Shown piece after piece: positions 28,268-40,332 of a stretch of 64,000 nt of DNA. The first letter of the stretch is position 1; the number at the start of each line of letters is the position of its first letter. Source of the stretch: Guillardia theta CCMP2712 (lineage: Eukaryota; Protista; Cryptophyta); the NCBI RefSeq assembly GCF_000315625.1, contig NW_005434627.1, forward strand, positions 335,295 through 399,294, written 5' to 3'. The notes beneath the pieces were generated by a model. It was given only the letters and a program-made list of their open reading frames with translations. It was not told the DNA's origin and searched no databases. Made by a program: the position numbers and the translations under genes.

Positions 28268-28534
28268 GACCTGGGGAGCATGAGAAGGAGAGTGGCGGAG
28301 GGAAACAGGGAAGGGAGGGGAAGGAGGGGAGGGAGGGGAGGGGAGGAGAGAAACAGGTGGAAGCTGCGTCTAACGAAGGAAGGAAGGAGGGGAGGGGAGG
28401 GGAGGGGAGGGGAGGGAGAGAAACAGGTGGAAACTGCGTCTAACGAAGGGGGAGGAGGCAATACTGGAATGTATCACCACAAGAGGCCTGCATCATGTCG
28501 AGACGCAACAGGGCGTGTAAAAGCAATCTTGCTA

Positions 28535-29140
28535 TCAAGGGGGACAGGAAGAGGAAGAGGATACGAATGAATATAAGGCATTCAAGACAGCTGTACCGTA
28601 TTTCTCGCTCCTCCTCCTCCTCCTCCTCCTCCTCCTCCTCCTCTTCCTCTCGCTCCTCCTCGTTGTCCTTCTTGCTCCTTGAGCCTGTTCATGGGGGAAC
28701 AGCCGATCACGCACACTCAGCAATCGTCACGAACTCACTGCAATCCAGCTCGAGACGAGCTCATGTCAAGTCTTGCCAGCTGTCGGTCCATCTGAGAGAT
28801 CTGGTGGGACAGTCTGAGCATCATCTCCTCAAGAACTTCAGCATCGTCCGACTGCGACGAGCCGAGGGAGCCGAGCATGTCCTGCTCGGACTGACTGCCG
28901 TCCTGGTGGTCGAGCAAGGAGCCTGGTCGGTGCATCTGCAGAGAGAGGTCACGAGGATGCGAGCCGGTCTGTGAGTGTTTCTCACTGACCCGAGAAGCTA
29001 TCACCTCCTCCTCCTCTCCTTCCGCCCCCCGCCCCCCCCCCCCCCTCGGCCTTCCTCCCTTCATCTTTCTCACGCTCCTCTTCCTCCTGCTCTCTCTTGA
29101 CTACTTTCTTTTGGTTGTGACAGGTACTAGCAGCGCTCAT
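28535..29140 (-). CDS. Small hypothetical multi-exon protein
   Basis: Coding-like exon DAEVLEEMMLRLSHQISQMDRQLARLDMSSSRAGLQ, with candidate ATG at ~29140. Confidence 0.35.
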
Positions 29141-29492
29141 GTCTCGGATTCCGGCTCTCGTCGCTTCCTTCCCCACCCCCTCCCCTCCTCTCTCCGTCCT
29201 CCCCCCTCCCATGGATCGCGTTGCTGCCGGTGCGAGGGGCAGGGGAAGAACGTCGAGGGAGGGGAGGCGGGGGGAAGGAAATGGGAAAAAAATGAGGAAA
29301 AATGGACTTGATGAGTGAGGAGGAAGGAGGCGAGTGAAGGAAAGGAACGCAAGACAGGCAGAGGAGGAAGAAGCTTGGAGGGGAGGCTGCGAGGAGGAAA
29401 AGATGGCAACAGTCAAGTGCGCTGTCGGGACGTGGACGGAGGATGCAGAAGGATGTGGGAATCAAGGCAAGTGACGTGTTCTTCGTCTCTTT

Positions 29493-32400
29493 CTAACGTA
29501 ACAGGCTCCTCAGCGGCCAGCTCGCCAGCCTCAGCGTCTTGAGGGGGAGAGAAGCGATAGCAAGCAGGCTGCCAGCAAGCCTCTCTAGGGGAGTCTCATG
29601 TAGCCTGCGCAGAACTTCCTCCTCCTTCAACTGACATCCCTGCAGGTCTTCGAAGACTCTGTTCCCGCCCCTCCTCTCGGGCTCATCCCACATCCTTGAC
29701 AGGCCCTGCACTAGCCCGTCCTCCATCTTCAGCAGATGCCCCCGCCCTCCTCCCTTGCCGGCGCTCTTCATCGTCAGGAACCCTGTCCCCTGGCTGTTGT
29801 CGGGGCTCTCAGCGTCGAGGAACCTGGACGCGAGTCAGGAGAACGGTTCCCTCCCTCCGCTCCTCCTCCACCTGCTCAACCAGATCGATCTTCTCCTTCG
29901 CGGATACAACCTCACGTCCACACTCCTCCTGCAGCAGACCGTCACCCTCGCACGCCCCGCTTCTGCTCAGCTCGTACCGAGCTGGGATCTTGGCAAACTT
30001 CTTTGCGGCATCGATCGCCGCATGGATTCCTCCTGCAGGGTCATGTCAGCACACACAGCAACAGAGCAGACCTCCTGCACCGAGTTCATCCACCAGCCCT
30101 CGCTCTTTAGCCTGTCCCGAACCTTTAGTCTCGTCCTACAACAGGTTGTACGGGTACCTCTTGCCCCGTCCACACTCGCCCTCCTGCGATCAACCGAACG
30201 GTCTGCAGCTCCACAGCTGACACGTTGGAGGGATCAAAGCTCGCAGCCAGGTTCCGCTCCTCCTCTTCGCTCGAGCGCTTCATCGTCAGCCATCGCAGCA
30301 CATTGCTCACGACGTTCACAGCCTTCGCCTCTGCTCGCCGCGATCCGTCAACATCACACGGACTTTCGTCGTGACGCCTCACCTGCTTTCTCAGCTTGAC
30401 TGCAGACTCTCAGCACGGAGAGAGCTGACGCTTCCTCCCTCAGCCGACGCACGTGGTCGAGCTTCTCCTTCTGCAAGTTTGATACTCACGCAAGCACAAG
30501 GCAGAGCTGGGAAACGTACGAGCCCAATGGACGCCAGCTGCTCCAGCCCACAGAAGTTCACGACGCTGGCAGAGCTGAGCTGCAGCTGGATGTTCTTCTC
30601 CACGAGGTCCGCCCTTGCCTTCAACACCGCTGTTCCTCGTCCCAGTGCGACCTTGGACAGGAAGTCCTTGTACGTCCGATCTAGAGACTCCTCGAACACT
30701 TTCCTGCGGGTCAAAGTTTAACAGGGAGCTGGAAGGCAGCTGGAGATGGCGCGCACCTCTCCTCCTCCGAGAAGGGACGAAGCGAGCTCTCCATGGCCGC
30801 AAACTTGCCCAACGTGATGCTGTCGTGAGTCACTCCGATCAGGTCGGCGAAGAAGCTCCCTAGGACCATCTTCCCGCTCAGCACTCCTATAGACCCTGTT
30901 ATGGTCCCTTCCTGGGCTATGATTGTGTTGGCAGGGGCGCTGATGAAGTAGCCGCCCGACGCTGCCATGCTGCCCATGCTCACCACCACTGGGATCCCCT
31001 TGGCACGGATCAGCATGATCTCCCTCCACATGGTGTCGCTCGCCAGGGCTGAACCTCCCGGGGAGTCAACGCGAATGATCACAGCCTTCACCTTCCTGCT
31101 CGTCCCGTCAAGGGTGACGTAGAGAGAGGGAGAGGGAGAGGGGGAGGGGAAGGGGAAGGGGGAGGGGGAGGGGGGTGGAGAGGGGAAGAGGGAGAGGGGG
31201 AGGGGGAGGGCATCGTTCTACCTGTCGCCGCGCACTTCTCTCAGCGTGCGACAGAGCGAGTCAGCGCCGACGGAGGAGGAGGAGCTCTCTCCACAGATGA
31301 TATCCCCGCAGGCATGCACAAAGGCGATGCGAGGCTTCAAGCCGTCCAGGAGCCGCTTGAAGAGACTGGTGTCAACCCGATCCGCGTACTTGTGGACGTA
31401 CAGGAGAGAGGAGTCGTTGTCCGGCACCATCAGGCCCAAGAACCTCATGGCGGAGGAGAGGAAAGCTCTGAAAATGCCCGGCTGTTCCTCCTGCTTATCG
31501 TACTTGGGCGACAGAGTCCACGGGACGAGCTTCAGCTTCTTCATGACTTCGTCTGTGTTGACCTTGGCCTGGCTGTGCTTCAGGTAGCTCTTGATCAGGG
31601 TGTAGAGAGAGTCCCGGTCGCACGCGTGCGAGTTCTTCCACCCGTTGGCCGGGTGATTGCAAGGGAACTTCAGCTGCAAGACTTCCGTATCGTTAGAGAA
31701 GAAGATCTTCAGCTCGTCTCTTGACCTCTTCTCGACTTTTGACAAGAGGTTGACTGGCCTCGACCATTCCCGACGGCTACCGCGAACGGTCAGCGCGTCG
31801 TCATCGAGCTGCAAGCTGCCGTTCAACCAGCTACAAAATCTTTCTTCCTGATCGCCCCCAGCAAGGCAGATGTCCCCGAACTTGTTATTGAACAGCATGG
31901 ACGCATTGCAGTGAAACTTCATCGACTTCCAGTGAGGAACGACACAAGCAGGTCCTTCCTTTGCCAGCTTCCTCACCGCATTGTAGACTCCGTCACGGTA
32001 CAGGAGAGCATCGACCAGCCCTGCATCCAGCGCGTCTGCAGCGAACATGGGAGGCTTGTCGATAATGCTCTTGAGTTGGGCCACGGAGATGTTGCGAGAT
32101 TCGGAGATTCCGCCCGTCAGTTGTTCGTACCAGGACTGCAGCAGAGAGTTCAGGTTCTCCCTCTGCTCTCGTGTGAACCGTTTTTCGGTGTAACTGTTCA
32201 TCGCGCTCTTGTATTCTTCTCTCCCTCCAAACTGCGGAAGAATCTGCGGGCAACTGGTGAGGCACCTTTGAGGTGGAAAGGGGACACAACAAACCTTGAG
32301 CCGATCCAGCAGCTCTCGGTAGAAGGAGACTTCTATGTTGAATCCCGACAGGGACAAAGACCCTGAAGGCTGCAAGAACACAAGCTGACAGCTGCATGCG

Positions 32401-33704
32401 AGGAGGTAGTCCAGGTTTCCTCTTCCTCCCTCTGGAAAACTTTCTGCCCAGGCAACGGCGATCTTTCCATGGGATCGGAACCTAATGATCGCATCTCGCA
32501 ACTCTTGGACAGTCGCAAAATCAAACCCTGTCTTTCTCGCTGACTCAGCAGGAATATGTACGATGATCCCCTTTACTCGTCTGTCTGTAGCCGCACGATC
32601 CAACGCTTGTACGATCCCTCGCACAGAGATGGCGGGCTCATCGAGGTACTGAAGAGCCTCGAAGTACGACTCGATCTCGACTTCTCCACTGGTGACCCGA
32701 ATCTTGAGGAGGGCAAATCAGTTCATCTCCAACAAGACGTCCCTCCCTCCCCCTCTCACCTTTCCAAGGTCAATCTCAAGGATGCAGCTCTTCGGGATCC
32801 TTTTGGACTTGAGGGTCTCGATGGCCGTGTCGATGAGCATCATCGTCAGGAACGGTCGGCGCAGAGCAAACGAGAGGATCTGTGCGAGGACATCATCACA
32901 GATGTTGTAGAAGCATGCGCGTTCCCCACCTGCATCGGGAGATTGTTCTCGCCCTCCTCGTCGTCCTCCCCATCCTCCTCTTGTTTCGCCGGAGGTTGTT
33001 GCTTGCTGTGCTGGACTTCATTCTCCTTGGGTGCAACTTCAGGCTTCTTGGTCGTGTCCTTCCCCTCGCTCTGAAGCTGCTGCCGGATCAGACTCCTGAT
33101 AGCTTGCAACCGCTCATCCTTCACAGGTTTCGCAGCTTGATCTGCCTTTTCATTCTCCTTGGCCTTCTCCTTGGCATCCTGCTCTTCAGGAGCAGCTTGC
33201 GAGCTCCCTTCACCCGTCTCGGTGTCCTCAGGGACCGCATCAGAATGGCTTGCAGCAGAAGCTACTGAAGTGTTTGTCTTTCCTCCCTCCCTCGCCATCC
33301 CCTGCGCGCCCAATCGCATGCCCTGCAATGCCCAAGGATGTCTCAGTCCCAGTCTCACTCGTTTCACGTTCCTCGTCACCTTCAACGCATTCTGGAGCAG
33401 ACCGACCGGACTCTGGCCGTCGTCTTGCCCTCCCCGAAGGCCTGAAACATAGTCGTCATCCTGAAAGTCTCAATCGGAACATAGGTAGAAACCTGGCCTT
33501 TGGTATGCAAGCAAACTCCTTGCGCGGGGGCCGTTGAAGAAGGAAGATGGTATGTCTAAACAACCATGTCTCAGATTTTTCGCCCCAGATATCGCCATGC
33601 TTACCTCTCTGCAACCAATTTCTCCCATGCTCACATTCCACCAAAGAAAGTGCCAGGACGAGGAAGAGCGCAAGGGACCTCGCAACACAGCGGGTGGATA
33701 ACAT
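29493..33704 (-). CDS. sppA: Signal peptide peptidase SppA (protease IV, family S49), multi-exon, with insertions
   Basis: ALDRAATDRRVKGI, ELRDAIIRFRSHGK, EEYKSA (catalytic Lys), AVIIRVDSPGGSALASD, SMGSMAASGGY (catalytic Ser), TITGSIGV, IAGGRVWTGQEAKERGLVDELG. Hydrophobic N-terminal leader SLALFLVLALSLVEC. Confidence 0.9.
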
Positions 33705-34936
33705 CTGGTACTGCTGTAACCGGGGGGTTCTTTAGCTCCACGTCTCCGATTCCTCTCTCAGATGTTGATATCACTCAGAGCCGACGACGAGCGGTCTTCA
33801 GGTACGCATCTCAAAACACGACAATTGCACCCGCTGTTTTGATCAACTTGTCGTAAGAAAACAACAGCACAGACAGCCGGACAAGCTAGCGCATATCATA
33901 CTACACAAGCATCGTGTTGATGGTAGAACATTTCTGACAATAGGTGGAACTGAAGGTGATTGGGGCTGAACAAGGTGCAGGAAGAAAGGGGGCTGGAAAT
34001 GAAAGCGCGATCGACATGGACGAAGCATGATGTTTCGCGGCCTATTTAATGGCGCGAGGCAATGCAAGAAACATCAAAGTCGGAGTGCGTGGAGGGTGGG
34101 GAGACAAGAAAGTTCCTACCTAACAGTCTATCAGGAAACATGCTACAAACTCTATCCAAGATCCTCTGAACGAAAATGTCCAGCCTCCTTATCACATCCC
34201 TCTGATGCGCGAGATTCTTATCTGCTCCTTACAGTCTCTTCATGCTCTATGTCTTCTCCTTTCGCTCCTCATGCCTGCCCTTATCCCTGCTCTCGCTCCA
34301 ATCTGCTCCCTCCCCCGTGTTTCCGTCGCCTCCATTTTCCGATCCTGAGGCCGGTGAAGCGTGTTATAGTGAGGTGGGGTCCACATATATTGGGGGTGTT
34401 CAGTGTTCATCAGGGGTACTTCCCATGAAATGGAGGCAGGGTCCTTATTAGACAACTCAATTCAAAGTTGAAAAGAAGCAAGGGTGATAGGATAAGCATT
34501 TTTAATTAATGTCAAGATTAATAATTATCGCTTCTATCCCACCTTGTAATTACATTTTTCGTTGTCGACCTTCATCTGTCGTCTGATGCTGTAAATGAGA
34601 GGGGAAGAGAAGGGGTCATGAGCATTCATGTTGATTTTACACCCCTCCATGTATCACCCCACCCTCCATGTTTTCTACCCCACCCCCATATCATCCTCTT
34701 GTTTCGCATTCCATCGCTTCCTTGCTAACTAATGAACAGCCCTGCAGTCCCTGCAGTCCCTGCACCATGACAAAATGCAACAGGACGTGAGGGATGAAGA
34801 AGATGCGAAGATATGACAAGAGCGCTCGAATGAACGAAGAGGAAGAGGAAGAGGAAGAGGAAGAGCATCTCGGTCATCGTACTGTTTTCGGTTTTTAATA
34901 TCTTTTGAGTGGTTCTACTGGTACATTTATCACTTT

Positions 34937-36196
34937 TTACATGAATTGCTGATGCTGCAACACAAGCTGACCCCCCTTGACGATGTCGTTCATTGACGCC
35001 ACCGTTCCAAGCTTCCTCTCCAAGTTCTGTTCGATCTCGCAGGAGTCGAACTGAACAATCCCCCTGCCAATCCTTCCTCCTCTCTCATCAACGAGGAAGA
35101 CGGGCGAGGAGGCGCGGAAGTCTCCCTGGACCCTCAAGATGTCCTTGAGCAGGATCGGAGTCTGCATGCTCGCCTGGCGGGAGAGCTCCTGCACCGACGA
35201 GGACCTGAGAGTCATAGCCCCTTCGCAGGTCGCCGCATGTGCCAACCAGTAGTTCATCTTGTCGTGCTTGCGGTCGTTGGCAGGGAACAGGGTCCCGATG
35301 TCCTTCCCCTCGAAGATGCCAGAGATGTTGGTCAGGTCATGACCATTGGCAATGATGGCCTTGGACCCCCCGGCAGTTGCTGTCAGGGCTGCGTTGATTT
35401 TTGACGCCATCCCTCCTCGCCCCATTGAGGACTTCTGCCCGATCTCCACGCTCGCAGAGTCCTGATAGACCTTGATCCTTTCCGCTCCTTCCTCTCCAGG
35501 AGGTTTGGTGAAGACGCCGTCCACATCAGTCATCATGGCGACAGCGTCCGCTCCAACTCCACCAGCAACCAGCGCCGAGAGCATGTCATTGTCACTGAAG
35601 CACATCTCCTTGTCAAGCTCCCTGCATCCCGTCACAGCGTCGTTCTCGTTGATGACCGGGATGACGCCAATGGCTGCAAGCTTCTCCAAAGTGTCCGTGA
35701 GGTATCTGTACCGCTGGGGAGAAGAGAAATCATGTTGGGTAATGAGAACTTGAGCGCACTTTAGGCCGAGAGCGGAGAACATGGATGTGTAGGTACTCAT
35801 CAGCGTCTCCTGACCTGCTGCTGCGCAGGCTTGCCTGTCGATGACATTGGCTGGATCAGAGACAACGTCTCTGGAGAGCCCAAGGATTGATCGTCCGAGT
35901 CCAACAGCTCCGCTACTCACAAGAAGGACATCTCTTCCAGACTTCTTCAGTTCTTTGAGCTGCTCCACCAACCCGCCCATTCTCGAGAGTGCTAGCTTCC
36001 CGTCGGAGTTGATGACAACCGCCGTGCCCACTTTCACCACAACCCTTCGAGAATCTTTGAGAGCCTTTCTTTCCTTCTTGAAGGAGCTCAACGTAGTCTT
36101 TGACATGGCTGCCTTTGTTGCTAGTCCTCTTTGAAAACATGCGATCTGAAACATTCTGGCGATCTTCGGTGCCACAACAATATTTGATTGAAACAT
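34937..36196 (-). CDS. proB: Glutamate 5-kinase with C-terminal PUA-like domain, intronless, probable mitochondrial presequence
   Basis: VVVKVGTAV, LLVSSGAVGLG, RQACAAAGQ, IPVINENDAV, DNDMLSALVA, MGRGGMASK, then PUA-like ILRVQGDFRASSPVFLVDERGGRIGRGIVQFDS. Confidence 0.92.
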   Translation of the reverse strand: MFQSNIVVAPKIARMFQIACFQRGLATKAAMSKTTLSSFKKERKALKDSRRVVVKVGTAVVINSDGKLALSRMGGLVEQLKELKKSGRDVLLVSSGAVGLGRSILGLSRDVVSDPANVIDRQACAAAGQETLMSTYTSMFSALGLKCAQVLITQHDFSSPQRYRYLTDTLEKLAAIGVIPVINENDAVTGCRELDKEMCFSDNDMLSALVAGGVGADAVAMMTDVDGVFTKPPGEEGAERIKVYQDSASVEIGQKSSMGRGGMASKINAALTATAGGSKAIIANGHDLTNISGIFEGKDIGTLFPANDRKHDKMNYWLAHAATCEGAMTLRSSSVQELSRQASMQTPILLKDILRVQGDFRASSPVFLVDERGGRIGRGIVQFDSCEIEQNLERKLGTVASMNDIVKGGQLVLQHQQFM

Positions 36197-36799
36197 CGTC
36201 GATAAATATCAAAATAGAAACCTTTGAAACCTCCAGTCGTTGCTATGAGTATCAGCAGTAAGGATGAAGGATAGCAGTCTTAGGTAGCAGCAGAAAGAGC
36301 TAGGAATCAAGTCGTCTTGAGGATGAGAATCTTGTTTCGATTGAGCGTGGTAAGCTCAGGGCGGATCCTTGCGTCTGAATAGTTCCTGCATGCGGCACTT
36401 CTTTTATACCTTTCCCTTTCTCCAATAACCCTACCCTCTCAAGATGATACCCCTACCCTCTGTTGTTAGGACCCACTAGGTGTTGATGTCAATTAGAGCC
36501 AGAACTAAGGTATCACCCCATTCAAGTACCTAAATATAACCGGTACATGAACACGCCTGCAGCATCCACCCTCCCTGTTGATCCCTGCATTGCCTACAAG
36601 CAGTACCCACCCAGAATAATGCCTTAACGCTGTCCACCCCACCCCCTTCAGACCGGTTTGAGGTTTGACCATTTTGACCGCATTTTGATGGCATGGTGAA
36701 TCGTATTGTAAAATGATCAAAATCTTTATTCGGGGGTTGTATCCCTAGTACTATTTTTACCCTTGACCAATGTGGTCAAACCAATGGTCAAAATTAGAC

Positions 36800-37680
36800 C
36801 AGCAGGCAGCGCCCTGGCAGTGCCACGGTGAGTCCCGGAGTCCGTTGGCCGCCCGCTGTCCAGCCGTGCGTCGGTGGCACTTCGGAATGGGCCGGCCTCA
36901 GTTGTGCCTGCCCTTCACGGTTCCGATCATGGCACTGCAACGTCATGCGGACTCGGGATGCGGCCCACTACGGTCACACTCACTGCGGTACTTAACGCGG
37001 AGGCTTTGAGTAAAAGGTAGTACCGTACTGTACTACGCCGTACGGTCCGGCACTGACTGCCGCCCCGGCTCAGTGTGCAGTGCGCAGCCGGGCCGCACTG
37101 TGCCGGCCACCGCCGTCGGCGCCGGGTGGCGACGAACCGTTGCTTTGGAACTTTCACAGCGGCAGTGCAAGCCGCTGAGCCAAGTTAGTTACGGCTCACT
37201 GCCGAGTCAGCTAAAGTTGCGCCGCGGCCGCGGGCCATCCGATCCGATAACTTGAGTTGCCATCGGCTTGACATTTCAGGTGACTTAACTTAACTTTGAG
37301 TAACTTGTGACGGCGCTCAGGTGCCTTGAACGACGGTGACAGGTCACCCGGTCAAGCTGTACTACCGTACCGTACCGGGCTATAAAAGTATGATGATGAG
37401 TTTCTCTTTCATGGCGTGGCTGAGCCTTGCCTCTGAGTCGCCTCCAAGTTTGTGCACGGCGCCGGGATCATGCTACAGTCACCGTTCCAGGCGTCTAGGC
37501 TGGCCCACGCCGAGTCGCGGCAGGCGCCGCCTGCCGGCGCCCAGCGAATCGGGCCGCGAACAGTGAAACTTGAAGTGCCAACATTGGCGATGATCATTCC
37601 ATGTCCATGTTACTCCAGTCAATACCGCAAGCTTGAGATGCATCATGACGAGTTAGAGTAAATGATCACCACTGATCAGG
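36800..37680. other. Palindrome-dense island 3
   Basis: CCGCGGCCGCGG 37222-37233, CTTTGAGTAAAAGG 37004-37017, TTAACTTAACTTTGAGTAA 37285-37303. Confidence 0.7.
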
Positions 37681-37784
37681 CTCGTTCACCGTTTCAGTAC
37701 GGCCCGAACTCCTTTCAGAGTCGAACCCGTGGCAGAATAGATGTCACCGAACGTGTTTATTGAAACCATTGCAGGAACAACAAT

Positions 37785-38387
37785 TCATAAATCGATCGTG
37801 AGGTTGAAGCTATCACCAACTGACATTTGCTCAGACGATGGAGTCTGGCAGCTATGCACATTACAACCCCATTCTCCCTCTACAACACAGCTAGGTGTCC
37901 GCGGCAAGTTGCTCCGGTCCATGATTGAACAGCTGTCCGAAGACACTAGGTTTTCCTGTGCTTTGCTCCTAGGTTCATCAACGCCAGTTTCGAATCTAAT
38001 ATGTACTTTACAAGTGCCATTCTCGTTGTCAGAATGCAAAGTTTCTGCGTGTCTTGACTTTGCAGGTGAATTGCTCCCAAGTTCGTCTTGCTCGAGAGTT
38101 CTTTTCTTGGAAGGATGGGAACGATGGATTGCAGCAAAAGCTGAATGCTGATCTATTGCATTGTCTATTACATCCACAGAATTGGTGACTGAATGTGAAC
38201 TGTGATTTTCCGCATTTTTTCCAATTTTTGCTTTTGTCCTGGCAAGTTCTATATTTCCGAGAAGCAAAGACCCATCTTCAGGAATTTTGTTTCTGCTTCT
38301 TATGATTAATTTCTCTGAAATCATTTTTTCCATGTAAGCAGTCTGAAGCTCGTTGAGTTTAAAAACCTTTTTCATGCTTGTTATCAC
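37785..38387 (-). CDS. AT-rich orphan ORF (200 aa)
   Basis: Uninterrupted ORF with lower GC than neighbouring genes. No recognisable domain. Confidence 0.4.
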   Translation of the reverse strand: MITSMKKVFKLNELQTAYMEKMISEKLIIRSRNKIPEDGSLLLGNIELARTKAKIGKNAENHSSHSVTNSVDVIDNAIDQHSAFAAIHRSHPSKKRTLEQDELGSNSPAKSRHAETLHSDNENGTCKVHIRFETGVDEPRSKAQENLVSSDSCSIMDRSNLPRTPSCVVEGEWGCNVHSCQTPSSEQMSVGDSFNLTIDL

Positions 38388-39099
38388 TGAAAATCAGATG
38401 TATCAATTTTTTGCGGTTGATTTTATCTATGCAATTTGTTCAATTACACCTCCAGTCACCGATATTCTTGTATATTTTTTTCAGCTTTCGAATATGAGGG
38501 CGGATGGATCGAAAGATGAAAGGCAATCAGCAGGATCAGTTCAACACTCAGAGTGACAGAGTTCGCAAGTCCCAGGGAGGAAGGAGCGAGGCAAGGGGAA
38601 GGCTGGCAAGCAGGTATTGAAGATCCATATCGTAAGCTGTGGTAAATTTATGTAGTAAGCAGGGAAAGAGGTCGCAACGTTTGAACGTCCACCTTCTTTA
38701 CAACCCCTATGATGACAAGAATGATTCTGAAAATACTATTTTTGATGAAGAAGAAAGATCTGGACCCGTTTTACTCGGGTTTGATGCCGCCGATGAGCGG
38801 TGGGTATTGAACCGGAAATTGTGGGGTAGGGTAGTATTTTCAAACAAGGATACAGCTGATGCGGCTTCTACAGAGTTATGGGTAGGGTATCTGGTGTACA
38901 ACACGGTAGGGGTCAATTATCCACGGAACAGACGGGTCATATTGTTTTTATATCCAGAAATTCACTGGGTGGGTAGGGTTCTCCCGGGATATTGACTGAA
39001 CTGCCGCGAGTTTTAAAAATGAAGGCGGAGACTGACCTGTCGACTGGTGGGAAAAGGGTGGGGTGAGGGGGTAGTATCCTTGCATTGCCCATTGCTCAG

Positions 39100-39345
39100 C
39101 CGGACCTCCGTGTACAGTCACTGCTGACAAGTCCCCGTGACAGTTTCTAAGAAATACAACGTTTCAGGTATTGCCCCGACTCTGGCTGACAACCCCTCCC
39201 TCTCAACCGTCAACTGCAGCGGACCTGCCACGAACGTCACACTGAGCCAGGCATGCCCTTCTGGTTTTAGTCGGCCGGCACTCGGAGGTCCCGGGCCCGG
39301 CTGACCAGGCCTCCGAGTCCGGGTGACTGGCCGAGTGATCAGTTT
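39100..39345. other. Palindrome-dense island 4 (short)
   Basis: CCGGGCCCGG 39291-39300, plus CGGCCG and GAGTC/GACTG words. Confidence 0.45.
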
Positions 39346-40332
39346 GATGTTATGATGTACAATTTCAACAAGTGCCACCACAGTTGAAATTTCTAGTATG
39401 TAATATTTGAAATTATCCCAAAATAAGGAAAAAGTTGATGTGCTTGGGTCCGAAACGGTAAACGTTAGATGTACCCAGGTTTGCACAGGACAGTGAAACC
39501 CCTGAAATTATTTAGAGAAATTTAAACATATATCATAAAAGTTCAATTTTTACATGATATGTGGTCATGAATTTTCAAATATTGTCCTTGAGAACCCAGG
39601 AATGCATTCGGCACCATGAAGCTGGGGGCGGACAAACATGGACTCTTGTGGGAGCGAAATGGAATGTTGGGTGATAATGGAGAGGAGAGGAGAGGAGAGG
39701 AGAGGACAGGACAGGACATGTCAGGGCAGGACAGGACAGTAGAGGACATGTCAGGGCAGGAGAGGACAGCAGAGGACATGACAGGAGAGAACAAGACACG
39801 GGATGCGATGACGGAACGAGAGGACGTGAAGTTGGGACAAGGAGGGGGGGGGGGGGGAGGTTGGACATGCTAAGACAAAAGTAGAAAAAAATAGAATTGG
39901 GTGGAAGAAAAAGGGCCAAAAGTTAAAGAGAAGAATTGTGGGTGAAAGGAAGCATGCAGAAGGAAGCATGCAGAAGGGTGGAGGAGGATGGTGGATTTAT
40001 AGCTATAGAAGATGCAAATGAGTAATCAAGATCAGCTAGAGGTATGAATATTACCGAAGCTTCAGTCAAGTGATCTTGAATAGTGTTTGGACAGGGTAAA
40101 AACAATTGTGACAACTCTGTCGTGGTTGTGAGTGTCAAGTGTTTGACGTGTGAAAGCAAGTAGATTGCGCCTCTCCACTTGTGCTGTTGTGTATTACTGA
40201 TGCTTCGCTTTCAACAACAGATTTTCTCACAGTTGTATGATCCCTGCTGCACACAAGGAATTCTAGTTGCAAGATTCTCAGAAGTCCTTCTGAATCGATC
40301 TCAGCACAGTCCTTGACATCGACAGAGGTAGA

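Noticed and set aside
29755-30399. 214-aa + strand ORF
   Set aside because: It is antisense to SppA C-terminal exons (GRVWTG, GLVDELG).
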